Shown here in pieces: positions 1-11,088 of a stretch of 64,000 bases of DNA (its first letter is position 1; every line of letters begins with the position of its first letter). The notes under the pieces are model-generated. The model did no database searches, was not told where the DNA came from, and saw only the letters and a list, made by a program, of their open reading frames with translations. The stretch comes from an uncultured delta proteobacterium (GTDB lineage Bacteria; Myxococcota_A; UBA9160; UBA4427). Position numbers and translations under genes: made by a program. The DNA is taken from contig CAWGJT010000009.1 of the NCBI GenBank assembly GCA_963822965.1, positions 224,001 to 288,000 on the forward strand. The letters are read 5' to 3'.

Positions 1-1989
1 TGGCCTGCAGCAGGTTGGCGGAGCCGTTGAAGTGACCGCCCTTCCAGCCTCGGCTCACCTTGGTGAAGGCCGACACCTCGGGGGTGAAGCGGTAGGTCAG
101 GACGATGGTGCCCGTGGGCGCGTCCCAGATGCGGTCGTCCTGCTGGGTTCGGGAGTTCGGTTGGCCCGTCGCGGGGTTCAGCCCGCGCATCAGGGTGAAG
201 TCGAAGGTCTTCTCCTCCCAGTTGTAGCGACCGCCGACCTCCAGCGTGAAGTCGTCCAGGAAGTCCCAGCTGAAGCCCGTGTAGATGCCGAAGCTCCAGA
301 GCTTCTGGGTCCACACCTGGTTGGCCGTCGACGTGCCGCCGAGGAAGAAGATCTGATCGGTGTTCGAGTGCACCTCCTCCATCAGGTAGTAGGCGCCGGT
401 GTTCCAGCGGAACGCCTCGTCCGCGAGGGTTCCTTTCAGCCGGAGGTCCTGGCTGAACTGCCAGGCGTCGTCCTTGATGATGGCCTCGAAGAGCGGCAGG
501 GCCGTGAAGTCCTGGTCCGTGTCCCGGTGCTGCTCGTATTCGTCGTAGGCGGAGATGGTGGTGAAGTCGAGGTCACCGAGCTTCATGTCGCCTCGGAGCA
601 GCGTGCCGAAGATGTCCAGCTTCGTCTGCCCCACGCGATCGTAGTCGCCGCGATAGGGGCGGATGTCCAGGTTGCGCGCCAGCTCCCGGCCCACCTTGAC
701 CTTGGCGTCCGCGAGCGACAGGCCCTGGGCGATCAGACGGTCCTCCATCTCGACGATATCCGGATCGCGGTAGTTGCCCTGCGTGCGTCCACCGAAGCCT
801 CCCACCACGCCGATGGCCTGACCGAGGGTGGACTGCTGGTCGAGGCGGCTGCCGTGCAGGTTGAAGAGCCAGTCCATGTCCGTGTCCGTCGGCTGGAAGC
901 GGATCGCCCCGCGCGCCGCCCAGTTGTTCTGGTCGTTCACCTTGTTGGGCTTCACGGGATCGACGACCGTGAGCTGCAGCTTGTTCGGGGGCGGGGTGGG
1001 GTTGTCTGGCCTGTAGGGAAAGGACTCGATGCCGCAGACGGGAACCTTGTCCCACGGAACCGGGTCGGCCTGGCGTTCGGCCTGGGTCGGCACGTAGGCG
1101 GTGGAGCAGCCGTTCTTGGCGTACGGATCCTGTTGCTTGAAGCGGAACGCGAAGCGCGTGGACAGAACCTCGTCGACGATCGGGATCTGCACCGCGCCCT
1201 CGAAGTCGCGCGAGGCGAAGCCCGCGCCGGGGTGGGTGTCCTCCGCCGAGTCGCCGAGATCGACGCGCAGGACCGCTTCGAAGCTGTTGCCGGGCCGCTT
1301 CGAGCGGATCTTGATGGCGCCCGGCGGACGCATTGCGTCCGGCGCCGCTTCCCTGGGGCCCGCGCAGGACCTCGACGGATTCGACGTCGAAGAGCTGGCC
1401 GAGCTGCAGAGCCGGCGAGTTCATCGCCACGTCGTCCTGGTAGATGGCGACGGCGCCGGCGGCATTGGCGTTGAAGTCGCTGAGCCCGACGCCGCGGATG
1501 AAGAAGGTGGCGGTGGTCGCGCCCGAGGTACGGATCTCGACGTTCGGGCGTCACCTTGGCGAGATCGCCCACGTTCTGGGCTCCGAGCGCCGCGATGGCC
1601 GCGGGATCGAACTGCGTGACCGAGCTCGGCACCTCCGCCTCGATGGCGGTCACGGTCTTGCCCTTGATGCGGATCACCTCCACGCCCTTCGGGACGCGTG
1701 GTCGGGATGGCGGATTCCTTCTCGCCGGCTCGCCTCGCCGCTCACATCCTCGGATTGCGATTCAGAATCGGATTCGGACAGCGTGCTGCGGTCCGGCTCG
1801 GCGGGCGCGTCGTCTGAACGCGCTCGCGGGCTCGCCGGACGCATCTGCCTGCGCCCAGGCTCCTCGGGGCATCCCGCCGATGCCGGCCAGCAGGAAGACG
1901 GCGATCGCCATCGCCAGCATGGGCGCTCGAGCCGTCCACCGGGCGGATTCGATGCGGATCGGCGGTCGGGAGGGGTGGGCACCGGGCAT
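1..1989 (-). CDS. TonB-dependent receptor, copy 1 (several frameshifts; 3' end runs off the window)
   Basis: Stitched frames give a signal peptide (MLAMAIAVFLLAG..AWAQ), plug motifs (EVIRIKG, FFIRGVGLSDFNAN, VAIYQDDV, VEVLRGPQG, RNASAGAIK) and barrel strands (GGRYNWEEK, RGWKGGHFN). Confidence 0.9.
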
Positions 1990-2227
1990 GGCAGCACCGG
2001 CGATGGTTACGCTAGGACTATCTCGAAGTCAACGATCTCACAAGGGGTCGTTGGACCTCCAATTCCAACGGGGTGCCCTCGAACGGGCCTTCGAGAAGAA
2101 GCCCGACGGAACGTCTGACGCGACGTTCCATACGACGCCACGACGCCCGGCACGAAGCCCGGTGCTTCGCAGACACGAGGGCACCCGAGCGCCATCCGAT
2201 GCACCGAAGCGGGGTAGTCCGGAGCCC

Positions 2228-3124
2228 ATGACGGAACACGAGCGGCAAGGACGGTCCGCCGTGTTCGTGTGCGGCGCTGCGTGTCGCACTGGCGACTCCG
2301 CGACCTCGTCGCGAGCACGCGCCCGCTGCAGAAGGAAAGCCCAACGAGGGCGTCGATCGCTGGGTTCCGGAGCTGGGCATCTCGAGTGGCATCGTCGTCT
2401 ATACGGGCGCGGCGGGGATCACAGCAAGTTCCAGAACGGCACCACCGAGGTGCGGCCCCCTACGACGGGGCGGCAGACCATGGTGGCGCCGCTGATCGGC
2501 GGCGATCTCGGGCCTGATGACCCCGGGCTTCTCGTCGCTGCCCGGCAAGCCGCGCTTCTTCGTTCGCGGCGGCGCTGCCTGGAGCTTCGCCAGTCCGAGC
2601 AGGACATCGCGAAGGAGGGAAGTCCCAAGAAGCTCGACACGGAGAACCCGCCGTCGGACGCCAACCTGATCGACGGACAGGGCAGCCCGTGGGCGTCGAG
2701 CTGAAGAGTCCGGTCTTCGACGCCGGCGCGGGCGCGGCCTTCGAGTTCGACGCGTGCGGGCCGGACCCTGCGCCTGCGCACCTCCGTCGAGTACATGCGC
2801 CAGCGCCTCAAGGTGCGCGGGAAGGTGGAGGAGGCGCGCAGCATTTTCGGCCTGCCCTTCGTTCATCGAAATTCGCGAGACGGAGACCGAAGAACTTCGA
2901 CGCGACTCGGCCCCGGGATCGAGCTCGAGCTCGACACCATGCGATACGGTCCGTTGATGACCTCGATCTTCGCCGACGGTCGCGCCTACCACTACCTCGG
3001 CAATCGCAAGATCGATCTCTCCGGGACCGGAGACCTCAACACCACGGCGAACTTCAAGTACAAGCTCGACCCCTGGAGCTACCAGGCCCACGTCGGCTTC
3101 CGTATCCGCTGGCAGCCTCTCTAG
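2228..3124 (+). CDS. Putative outer-membrane beta-barrel protein, copy 1 (frameshifted); paralog of 21039..22133
   Basis: GGAG-ATG at 2228. Fragments DRWVPELGISSGI, DIAKEGSPK, LGPGIELELD and DPWSYQAHVGFRIRW match WLPAFAIASGI, DLAKEGDPK, IGPGLELELD and DPWIYRGGIGMRFRW in copy 2. Amphipathic terminal strand. Confidence 0.65.
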
Positions 3125-3137
3125 GCCTGCCACGGCC

Positions 3138-5268
3138 ATGCCGCTCTCGCGACCGATCGCCCGTGCGCTCGAGGCAGGCGCGCAGGCGGCGGCGGGTGGC
3201 GTCTGCCTGCTCACGCTCGTGGCGGCGGGACAACCCCTCTTCACGGAAGACCTGTGGTGGCACCTGGCGCTCGGCGAGGCCTACGCGAAGCAGGGTCCCT
3301 GGCTGGACGCCGACCCGCTCCTCTTCACGGCCGCCGGACCGCCCGCACCGGCGGCCTGGCTGGCCGACCTGGGCTCCTTCGCGACCCTCCACGTCTTCGG
3401 CTTCACGGGCCTGCGCGTGCTCCACGTGCTGCTCGTCACGGGCATCCTGGCGCTCTGCTGGTCGCTTCTGCGCCGCGCGAGCGGCTCGCGCTTCGTCGCG
3501 AGCTCCGCCACCGCGGTCTTCGCGGCCGTCTCCGCCTACCGGCTGGCGCAGCTGCGCCCGCATCTGCTGACGATCCTGGCGACACTCGTCCTGTACCGGC
3601 TGCTGATCGAACGCCGGGGCCCACCCCGGGCTCGCGCCGTGGCGGCCGCGGTGGTGCTGCTCGCCGTCTGGGCCAACGTGCACAGCGGCTTCGTGGCGGG
3701 GCTCGCGTTGCTGGCCGGCGCCACCGGCGCCGCGCTCGTGTTCGCGGGTCTCGCCCCGGCCGCGCACCGGACGGAGCAGCGCCGGCGGGCCGCGCTGCTG
3801 GCGGTCGCGGCTCTCGCTCGGCTTCCTCGCGACGGCGCTCAACCCTCGCGGCTTCGACCAGCACCTGGCCTACGTGAGAGCCGGCGCCGAGACGCCGGCC
3901 CTCGAGATCGTGATCGACGAATGGAAGGGACTCGACCTGCTCTCCCTCCCCGTCACGACCCTGCCGCCGAGCCCGCTCTCCTGGCTTCTCCTGTGGGGGC
4001 TCTTCGTGGCGACCCCGGTCGCCGCCTTCGCCGAGCTGCGCCGCCTCGGCTCGTCCGCCGACGCGGCGTCGTCCGGCGAGCCCGAGCTCGTCGCCCTGGC
4101 GCTGGGATCGCTCGTCGGCATGAGCATCGCGGTCCGCTTCACGTGGCTCGCGATCTTTCCCCTCCTGCTCGTGGCACGGGCGCTGGCCGCCCGTCGCGGG
4201 ACGCTGGTGCCGCCCCTGCGTCTGGGAGCGCGCGCTTGCGCGCTGCTGCTCCTGCCGGGCTTCTTCCTCTGGGGATCCTGGCCGATGCTCTCGCGCGGCA
4301 TCACGCTGGACGGCTACGCGCGGCCCTATCCGTCCTCGAAGTACTACGCGAACACCGTCTGGGCGATGTCCGACGCGGGTCTCGAGGGAAACCTCTTCAA
4401 CGAGTACGTGATCGGGGGCTTCCTCGGCTTCTGGCTCGCGCCGGAGCTGCGGACCTTCGTGAACGGCAGCCTCAACGTTCCTCTCGAGGCGATGGACGCC
4501 AACCGCGCCATTCGCGAGCGCCGCGGGCAGCTCCCCGGCGAGAGCTTCCTCGAGCTTCTCGACCGCTACCGGGTGGACGTCTTCTTCGGCGTCGGCTCGC
4601 CGGTGCTGCGCGATACGGCGCGCCCCGTCTCCTATTCGACGACCCTGCTCGAGCGCAGCGAAGGCTGGATTCTCGTCTTTCGCGACTACCGCAGCGCCGT
4701 CTACCTGCGCACCAATGCGCGCAACCGCGAGAACCTGGACCGCGTGGCCGCCTTCTACACGCGGAACGGCGTTCCCTTCGACCGGGAGCAGGGCCTGGAT
4801 CTGCGCCGGACGATCCAGACCGCCTTGCCGTGGGCCGTGAAGAACGGCGTCGTCGGATTCGACCTCGCCGCGCTGCTGGAGGCATCCACCGGCTTCGAGC
4901 CGGTGGGACGCGACACCGCCTGGGAGCAGCTCGCACGCCGCTACGCGGCTCTCGGGCTCTACGAGGACGCGATCCGGGCCGATCGGCGGCTGCTGCGGTC
5001 GCGTCCCGACGACGTGGGCGCCCACCGCCGCATCGTCTGGTGCCTGCTGCATCTCGGACGACTACAGGAGGCGAACGAGGCCGCGGAGGATCTCGCCGCG
5101 GATCCCTTCTCGAGCCTGCTCCGGCGAGCCGCCGAGGCGGCCGCGGCGTCGGACGACGACGAGTCCGTCCTGGCCCTGGTAGCGAGGCTGCCGATCCTGA
5201 GCGAGCGGGAGCTCGCGAACATCGCGATCCGCACCGTGAGCCCGGAGGTGCGTCGGAGCCGCCGCTGA
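3138..5268 (+). CDS. Polytopic membrane protein with DxWWHL motif (GT-C glycosyltransferase-like) and TPR-like C-terminus, copy 1; frameshift near 3820
   Basis: QPLFTEDLWWHLALG, RPHL, WANVHSGF, LFNEYVIGGFLG, FVNGSLN and many hydrophobic segments. Colinear with the intact 22340..24451 paralog. Confidence 0.75.
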
Positions 5269-5323
5269 GCCGGTGGGCTCTGCGGCGGCCGCTCGGGGTT
5301 GCCGCCGCGCCGCGGGTGGAGCC

Positions 5324-6646
5324 TCAGCTGGACTGCAGCTCGCGCTCGATGTGGGTGAGCCAGGTGTCGGCTTCGCTGCGCGTGGCGTCGAACTCGCGCG
5401 CCCGGCGGAAGGCCGTCAGCGCCTGCTGGGGCTGGCGGCGGCTGTAGCGCGCGATCCCCATCAGGAGGTGGGCGTCGCCGGGCTTCGTGAGGTCTCCCTT
5501 CTCGAGCCCGTGCTGCAGGGCCTCGATGGCCTCCCCCCACTTCTCCCGCTGGATCTCGACCTGGGCGAGCCGCACGTAGAGGTCCCCGTTGTCGGCGAGA
5601 CGGGCGGCGATCTCCAGCGGCTCCACGGCCCGATCGAACTCGCGGGCGGCGATCCAGCTGTTGCTCAGCTGCTCGTAGACGTCCGGCTTCTTCTCGATGG
5701 TCCCGTCCTCGATGCCCTTGGAGATGACCTGGGCGGCGCGGTACGGCAGGTCGAGGTAGAGCAGCAGCTGCGAGAGCCGCCGCAGCTCGCCGTCCGTGTC
5801 CAGCAGTCCCTGCTCGTAGGCGAGCTGCAGGGGAACGAGCGCCTCCTCGAAGTCGCCCATGGCGCCGTGCACCGTCGAGAGCTGGATCCAGTAGTCCTTC
5901 TTCGGGAAGCGCCGGACGAGCTCCTCGATGATCGGCACCGCCTTCGGGTAGTCCTTGCGCACCAGGCGGATGGCGAGCAGCAGCTGGAGCCACGACTCCT
6001 GGGGCTCGTCGGAGAGCTCCACCGCCTTGGTGGCCGGTCCCAACGCCGCGTCGAGGTCCTCCATCTGGTAGTAGGCGATGGCGAGCAGGTAGTAGGCCGC
6101 GGAATTGGGCTGGTCGACCATGTCGAACCAGAGCCGGAGATTCGAGACGACGGCCGGCCAGTCCTCCAGCGAGAGCTCGAGCTGCGCGATCTGGAAGCGC
6201 AGGTCCTGCAGGGTGGACTCGGGGAAGGCGTTCTCGCCGATGGCCTTCTCGAGGTAGCCCACGGCCGCCGGCACGTCGCCCTCGCCGTAGGCGATGTACG
6301 CGTAGGCCCGGTAGGCCATGGATCGCTCGAGGGGATTCAGGGCCGCGAGGCGCAGGTGCGAGAGCGCCTCGCGGGCGGCCGCGTAGTCCTCGTCGGCGAG
6401 GGCCGTGTGGGCGTCGTTGACGTGCCGGGTGGTGCGCTCGCCGACCTCGTACTCGATCTCGCCGCCTCGGCGGAGCCAGCCCTCGCCGGTCGCCCCCTCC
6501 TTCTCGCCCTCGCCGGACTTCGCGGATTCTTCCGCATCCGCCTTCGCCGGCTTCTTGCCCCAGGTGCTGTCCTTGGCGTACACCGCGGCCGGCTGCGCCA
6601 CGAGGGCCAGCAGGAACGCAACGGAAGCCAGGAGAGAGAGCCGCAC
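5324..6646 (-). CDS. TPR protein of the TonB operon (TtpD-like)
   Basis: 440 aa, signal peptide, repeated TPR-like helices, last gene of the DUF3450-ExbB-TonB operon. Confidence 0.85.
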   Translation of the reverse strand: MRLSLLASVAFLLALVAQPAAVYAKDSTWGKKPAKADAEESAKSGEGEKEGATGEGWLRRGGEIEYEVGERTTRHVNDAHTALADEDYAAAREALSHLRLAALNPLERSMAYRAYAYIAYGEGDVPAAVGYLEKAIGENAFPESTLQDLRFQIAQLELSLEDWPAVVSNLRLWFDMVDQPNSAAYYLLAIAYYQMEDLDAALGPATKAVELSDEPQESWLQLLLAIRLVRKDYPKAVPIIEELVRRFPKKDYWIQLSTVHGAMGDFEEALVPLQLAYEQGLLDTDGELRRLSQLLLYLDLPYRAAQVISKGIEDGTIEKKPDVYEQLSNSWIAAREFDRAVEPLEIAARLADNGDLYVRLAQVEIQREKWGEAIEALQHGLEKGDLTKPGDAHLLMGIARYSRRQPQQALTAFRRAREFDATRSEADTWLTHIERELQSS

Positions 6647-6649
6647 GAA

Positions 6650-7258
6650 TCACTTCCCCATCGAGAAGTCGAGCACCTGCTCGACCGTCTGCTCGACGGC
6701 AACGCCGTTCTCGATCTTCGGATTGTACCGCCACTTGCGAACGGCCTGCAGGACCGATTGCTCGAAGACGCCCTGGGGATTGGCGGCGGTGACGACCGCG
6801 TTCCCGACGGACCCGGTCTTCGTCACCGTGAAGCGGACGGCCACCCAGCCCTCGATTCCCCGCTGGCGGGCCTGGATCGGGTATTCGGGATCGATGCGCA
6901 CCAGGGGCACCACCTCGCGATCGGCGCCGCCGCCGCCCCCGATGCCCCCGGTCAGGGCCTGGGAGGGGTTCACGTCCGGGGCCATGGTCGCGACGCCCTC
7001 GCCGGGGTCGAGGCTGGCCTTCGACATGCTGATGTCCGGCGGCGGCGGCGGGGCGTCGGGCTTCTCGCGCTTGGGGGGCTCACGCTTCTTCTCCTGGGGC
7101 GTCGTGTCCCGCCGCAGGCGAACGAAGTCGATGCTGATCTTGGGCCCGGCCTCCTTGAGCTCGCCCTGGACGCTCACCAACGCCTGCATCGCCCAGAAGA
7201 GCGCGAAGGTCACCCCGCACGCGATCAGGACGGCGAAGGGGAGACGCAGGGTACCCAT
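6650..7258 (-). CDS. tonB: Energy transducer TonB
   Basis: N-terminal TM, Pro-rich linker, TonB_C motifs (PEYPIQARQRGIEGWVAVRFTV, AVRKWRYNP). Confidence 0.92.
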   Translation of the reverse strand: MGTLRLPFAVLIACGVTFALFWAMQALVSVQGELKEAGPKISIDFVRLRRDTTPQEKKREPPKREKPDAPPPPPDISMSKASLDPGEGVATMAPDVNPSQALTGGIGGGGGADREVVPLVRIDPEYPIQARQRGIEGWVAVRFTVTKTGSVGNAVVTAANPQGVFEQSVLQAVRKWRYNPKIENGVAVEQTVEQVLDFSMGK

Positions 7259-7261
7259 GGG

Positions 7262-7792
7262 TCAATCGTGGGCGATCTCGAGCTGGTCGGCGACACGCTG
7301 CGTCTCGTCGCGCGAGAAGCGATCGAGCTGGATGCTGAAGAGCATCCCGGAGAGCGCGGCGACCATGCCCGCCATGGTGGGAAGCGTGGCCTTCGAGACG
7401 CCGGCCGCCATGCCCCGCGCGTTGCCGCTTCCCGTCAGCGCCATCACGTCGAACACCTCGATCATGCCCGTGACCGTTCCCAGCAGCCCGAACATCGGAC
7501 AGACCGCGACGATCGTCCGGATCATCAGGAGGCCGCGGTTGAGCTCGAGCTCGACCTCGGAGACCAGCAGCCGGCGGATCATATGCGCGTGCCACGAGCG
7601 GTGGTCGGCCCGCGCCTTCCAGATGGCGATCACCCGCTCCGCCTGCCGCCGGTGACCGCCGAGCTTGAAGTAGAAGTAGCGCTCCAGGATGAGCGTCCAC
7701 ATGATGCCGGTGACGAACGCGATGACGAGCAGCACGTCCCCACCCGTCTCGACGAAGTCGCGAACGGCCTGGACGGCACTAGAGTCCATCAT
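7262..7792 (-). CDS. exbB: MotA/TolQ/ExbB proton channel, short ExbB
   Basis: PMFGLLGTVTGMIEVF and MAAGVSKATLPTMAGM. Confidence 0.9.
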   Translation of the reverse strand: MMDSSAVQAVRDFVETGGDVLLVIAFVTGIMWTLILERYFYFKLGGHRRQAERVIAIWKARADHRSWHAHMIRRLLVSEVELELNRGLLMIRTIVAVCPMFGLLGTVTGMIEVFDVMALTGSGNARGMAAGVSKATLPTMAGMVAALSGMLFSIQLDRFSRDETQRVADQLEIAHD

Positions 7793-9251
7793 GAACGCTC
7801 TCCGACCGTAGCGCGATGAGCCCCGCGCTCTGGGCGTCCAGCGTGTCGGTGATCCGGCGCGTGCTGTTCGCGAGGGTCGCGTGCAGCAGCACGAGCGGGA
7901 TGGCGGCGATGAGGCCGAGCATGGTGGTCACCAGGGCCTCGGAGATGCCGCTGGCCATCATCTTCGGATCGCCGGCGCCGAACAGCGTGATGGCCTGGAA
8001 GGTCTGGATCATGCCGGTGACCGTCCCCAGGAGGCCCAGCAGCGGCGCCACCACCGACACCACCTTCACGATCCAGATGAAACGCTCGAGACGCGACGTC
8101 TCCCGCAGCACCACTTCGTCGAGCTTCAGCTCGAGGGTCTCCGGGTCCACGCTGCGGTTCCGGTCGTACACCGCCAGCACGCGGCCCAGGGGATTACCGG
8201 GATCCGCTCGGTCGCTCTTGCGCTGCGCGGCCACCTTGCGGGCCGTGATGGAGATCGCGATCCAGCGGAGGACGCCGAGGAAGAGGGCGAACACGCCGAG
8301 AACGATGATCACGTATCCCACGTAGCCGCCCTGCTGGATGCGCTCGGTGCTGCTGGGGGTCTCGATGAGCGCCGCCAGCAGAGCGCCCCGGGAGGGATCG
8401 AGCGCCAGGGGCGCGTAGCCGCTGGTGGCCTCCTCGAAGGGCTCGACGGTGTCCAGGTGGCGTCCCGGCGGCTGGCGGGTGAGCTCGCGCAGCTGCTGGT
8501 CCCGGGACTCCCAGGCGAGGTATTTGCCGTCCGAGAGGACGCTGAACACGCCGACGCGGATGACCTCGTGCTCCTCCTGCTGCCCGTTCTCCATCAGCAC
8601 CTTGGCCGGGTAGCGGACGACCTTGCCCTGCTCGGTCATCTCCCGCTGCAGCTCGTACCACAGGCGCTCCAGGTCTTCCGTGGAGGGAAGGTCCTTGCTG
8701 CGGCCCAGTCGATCGAGCAGCTCCTTGCGGGATCCGAGCTGCGAGCTGGTCACCGACTCCCACACCTGTCCGCTGAGGTCGTTGGCCACCTGGCGCACCA
8801 CGCCGAAGAGCTCCCCCATCTGGCCGAGCTGCTCGGTGAGCCGGGCCTGGAGCTTCCCGATGAGGGCCTCGTTCTCGTTGTAGCTGGTCTCGAGCCGCTC
8901 GCTCAGGGCGGTGGCGCGCTCGCGCTTCTCCAGGGCCTCCGCGAGGAGGCGCTCCTGCTGGTCCTTGGCGCGTTTGAACTCCTCTTCGCGCTGGTGGTTC
9001 TCGACGCGCTCCTCCTGGAAGCCGTGCTTCACGAGCCCCAGCAGCTCGTCCAGCGACTTGGGCTTCGGTCGATCGGGCAGGTCCAGCGGGAGGTCCGCCT
9101 CCGCCTGGTCCGCGGACCGACTCGCTTCGGGGTCGGCGGCTTCGGCGGACTGGGCGAAGGCCGGCCCTGCGGCCGCCAGGCACAGAGCCCCGATCCACCC
9201 GATACAAAGGAGGAGGTACACACGAGCCGACCCCGCAGCCTCTCGCCGCAT
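7779..9251 (-). CDS. Large MotA/TolQ/ExbB protein with periplasmic coiled coil (TtpC-like)
   Basis: ATG at 9251 overlaps the upstream TGA. Signal peptide, coiled coil, LDPSRG motif, C-terminal PLLGLLGTVTGMI...GISEALVTT. Confidence 0.9.
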   Translation of the reverse strand: MRREAAGSARVYLLLCIGWIGALCLAAAGPAFAQSAEAADPEASRSADQAEADLPLDLPDRPKPKSLDELLGLVKHGFQEERVENHQREEEFKRAKDQQERLLAEALEKRERATALSERLETSYNENEALIGKLQARLTEQLGQMGELFGVVRQVANDLSGQVWESVTSSQLGSRKELLDRLGRSKDLPSTEDLERLWYELQREMTEQGKVVRYPAKVLMENGQQEEHEVIRVGVFSVLSDGKYLAWESRDQQLRELTRQPPGRHLDTVEPFEEATSGYAPLALDPSRGALLAALIETPSSTERIQQGGYVGYVIIVLGVFALFLGVLRWIAISITARKVAAQRKSDRADPGNPLGRVLAVYDRNRSVDPETLELKLDEVVLRETSRLERFIWIVKVVSVVAPLLGLLGTVTGMIQTFQAITLFGAGDPKMMASGISEALVTTMLGLIAAIPLVLLHATLANSTRRITDTLDAQSAGLIALRSESVHDGL

Positions 9252-10132
9252 CAGCCCGCCTCCCCTTCGCTCTCGAGGCCTTCGGCGTTCTCGGCCGCGG
9301 GGACCGGCATGCGGATCAGGTCGGGTGCGGACTGCTTGCGCGCCACACGCAGGCCCTGTCGGATGGACGAGCGATAGCTGTCGTCCAGGGTCTTCCAGGA
9401 TCGCGACTCCTGGTCCCATACGCCGGACTCGCTCTCGTCCAGGGTCTGGTACACGAGCGCCACCCGACCGAAGCGCAGGAAGTCGACGGTCATCTCCTTG
9501 CCGTCGCGGTTGATCGTCGATCGGTAGGCCTCGATGGTGCGACCGAACTCGTTCTCGACCTGGTAGGCCTCCATGATGGCCCGGTACTTCTCGGCGTTGC
9601 TCACGTCGGCGCGCGCCATCAGCTTCCGCAGCCCGGCGATCCGCTCCGTGCGCTCCTCGAGCAGGAACGGAATGTCGAGCTGCACGAACGCTTCGATGGC
9701 GTCGATCATGCGCAGCATCATGGGCATGACGCTGCGGCCGACGGTGTCGACGCGGCTGAGCTGGTCTTCGAGGGAGGAGATCTCCTTCTCCTGGGAGTCG
9801 ATCAGGCTCTGCATCTGCCGGTTGTAGACGCCCATCGCGTCGATCTCGCGGAGTGCCGTGCTGTAGCGGGCGAAGAGGGCGTCGGTCTCGTCGCTGTACC
9901 CGTCGATGCGCTTCTGCGAGGCTACGCCCTCGTCGTTGGCCTTGCGCCGAACTTCGCGCGCTTGCTCGAGCTTCTGCTTGGCGGCCTCGTCCGCGGCGCG
10001 CTCCGCGGCCGGGTCGGACTGCGCGGGCGCGAGGCCCGCCGTCGCGAAGACGATCGCGCACAGCGGAAGGCCGATCGCCAGCAGCCGCGTCGCGAAGGCG
10101 ACGTGCCGGCGCCGCCGGGGGGTCCGTAGCAT
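9251..10132 (-). CDS. DUF3450 family protein (TtpB-like)
   Basis: DIPFLLEER, EKYRAIMEAYQVENEFGRTI, VDFLRFGRVALVYQ. First gene of the operon. Confidence 0.88.
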   Translation of the reverse strand: MLRTPRRRRHVAFATRLLAIGLPLCAIVFATAGLAPAQSDPAAERAADEAAKQKLEQAREVRRKANDEGVASQKRIDGYSDETDALFARYSTALREIDAMGVYNRQMQSLIDSQEKEISSLEDQLSRVDTVGRSVMPMMLRMIDAIEAFVQLDIPFLLEERTERIAGLRKLMARADVSNAEKYRAIMEAYQVENEFGRTIEAYRSTINRDGKEMTVDFLRFGRVALVYQTLDESESGVWDQESRSWKTLDDSYRSSIRQGLRVARKQSAPDLIRMPVPAAENAEGLESEGEAG

Positions 10133-10518
10133 GGTTGGTTCCTCTGGGCTGTCGGACTGCGGGGGATGCAGCTTAGACGGGCCGGCGATCCAACGTCAAG
10201 GAGCCGACACGGGCAACGATTCGGGTGGGATGCCCGCGTCGCCGGGGGACGAGAACGCGATTTAGGCCGTTTCGGCTGCTCGGAACGCAGGGCTTCGACG
10301 TCGCGCTCGGAGGAGATGGGGAAGGCAGGACGCTCGGGCGCCGGAGCGGGAACGCTCCACCAGTCGGGAACGTCTCAAGCGGCGACCGCGATGCTCGACG
10401 GACATGGAGCCCCGATGGAGCTCGAGAGGCCTGCAGAATGGAGGAACCGTAGAAAGGAAGGAGGAGGAAGGAAGGAAGGAGCGAACGAGGCGGACCCGAC
10501 TACTGCGCGCGCATCCCA

Positions 10519-10834
10519 CTACATCCCGCGCTTGCGGGGAGGCGTCCTCGCGTGCCAGCACCACGCAGTCGAGCCCGGAATCGGGGATCGCGATGCACTG
10601 CGTCGCCGGTGGGCGGGCCAGGCTATCGGCGAGCAGCTGGTCGATGCTCGCTTGGATCGCGTCGCCCAGGAGATCGATCCGCTGGACGACCCGATGCTCG
10701 AGCTCCTGGCGCTCGCGCTCGGCGTCGGGCGAGGCTGCGGGAACGTCCGCATCGGCGGCCCGGGCAGACGCCGGCGCAGCAATATGAAGAAGGACGCCGA
10801 GGAGCACGGCGGCCGGCGCCGATCGGATCCGCAT
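10519..10834 (-). CDS. Small secreted hypothetical protein (3' end uncertain)
   Basis: GGAGG RBS before ATG 10834, signal peptide MRIRSAPAAVLLGVLLHIAAPASARA, amphipathic helix and a Cys pair. The frame stays open to 10262; the stop at 10519 would need a frameshift. Confidence 0.45.
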
Positions 10835-11088
10835 CTGGGGGGAACCTCCGACCCACCCATCGGCGAAGCCCCGAGGTTCTTGAGGGCTACCGGCACTCCT
10901 CACGAGCTCGGCGTTGGACAGCCGGGAGGACACGCAGCCGACCCGCAGACGAGGGGCAGCTCGGGTGCGCGCCGGCACGCGTTCACGGCGCCAGGCGGCC
11001 GCTCCGGGTCGATCCGCCGGTGCATTCGGCGGGAGTCTCGGGGAGGCTCCTAGCGAAGGGCGATCGGGTGAACTTAGAATCGCGCACC

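Noticed and set aside
5273..7819. Long antisense or alternate-frame ORFs (5273..7819, 14632..16776, 43047..45488, 45676..47880, 48680..50983 and others)
   Set aside because: These are shadow ORFs typical of high-GC DNA, lying opposite genes with clear family motifs.
10452..10481. GGAA-rich tract as a CsrA/Rsm-binding sRNA
   Set aside because: The GGA motifs are not in evident hairpin loops and no promoter or terminator frames them.
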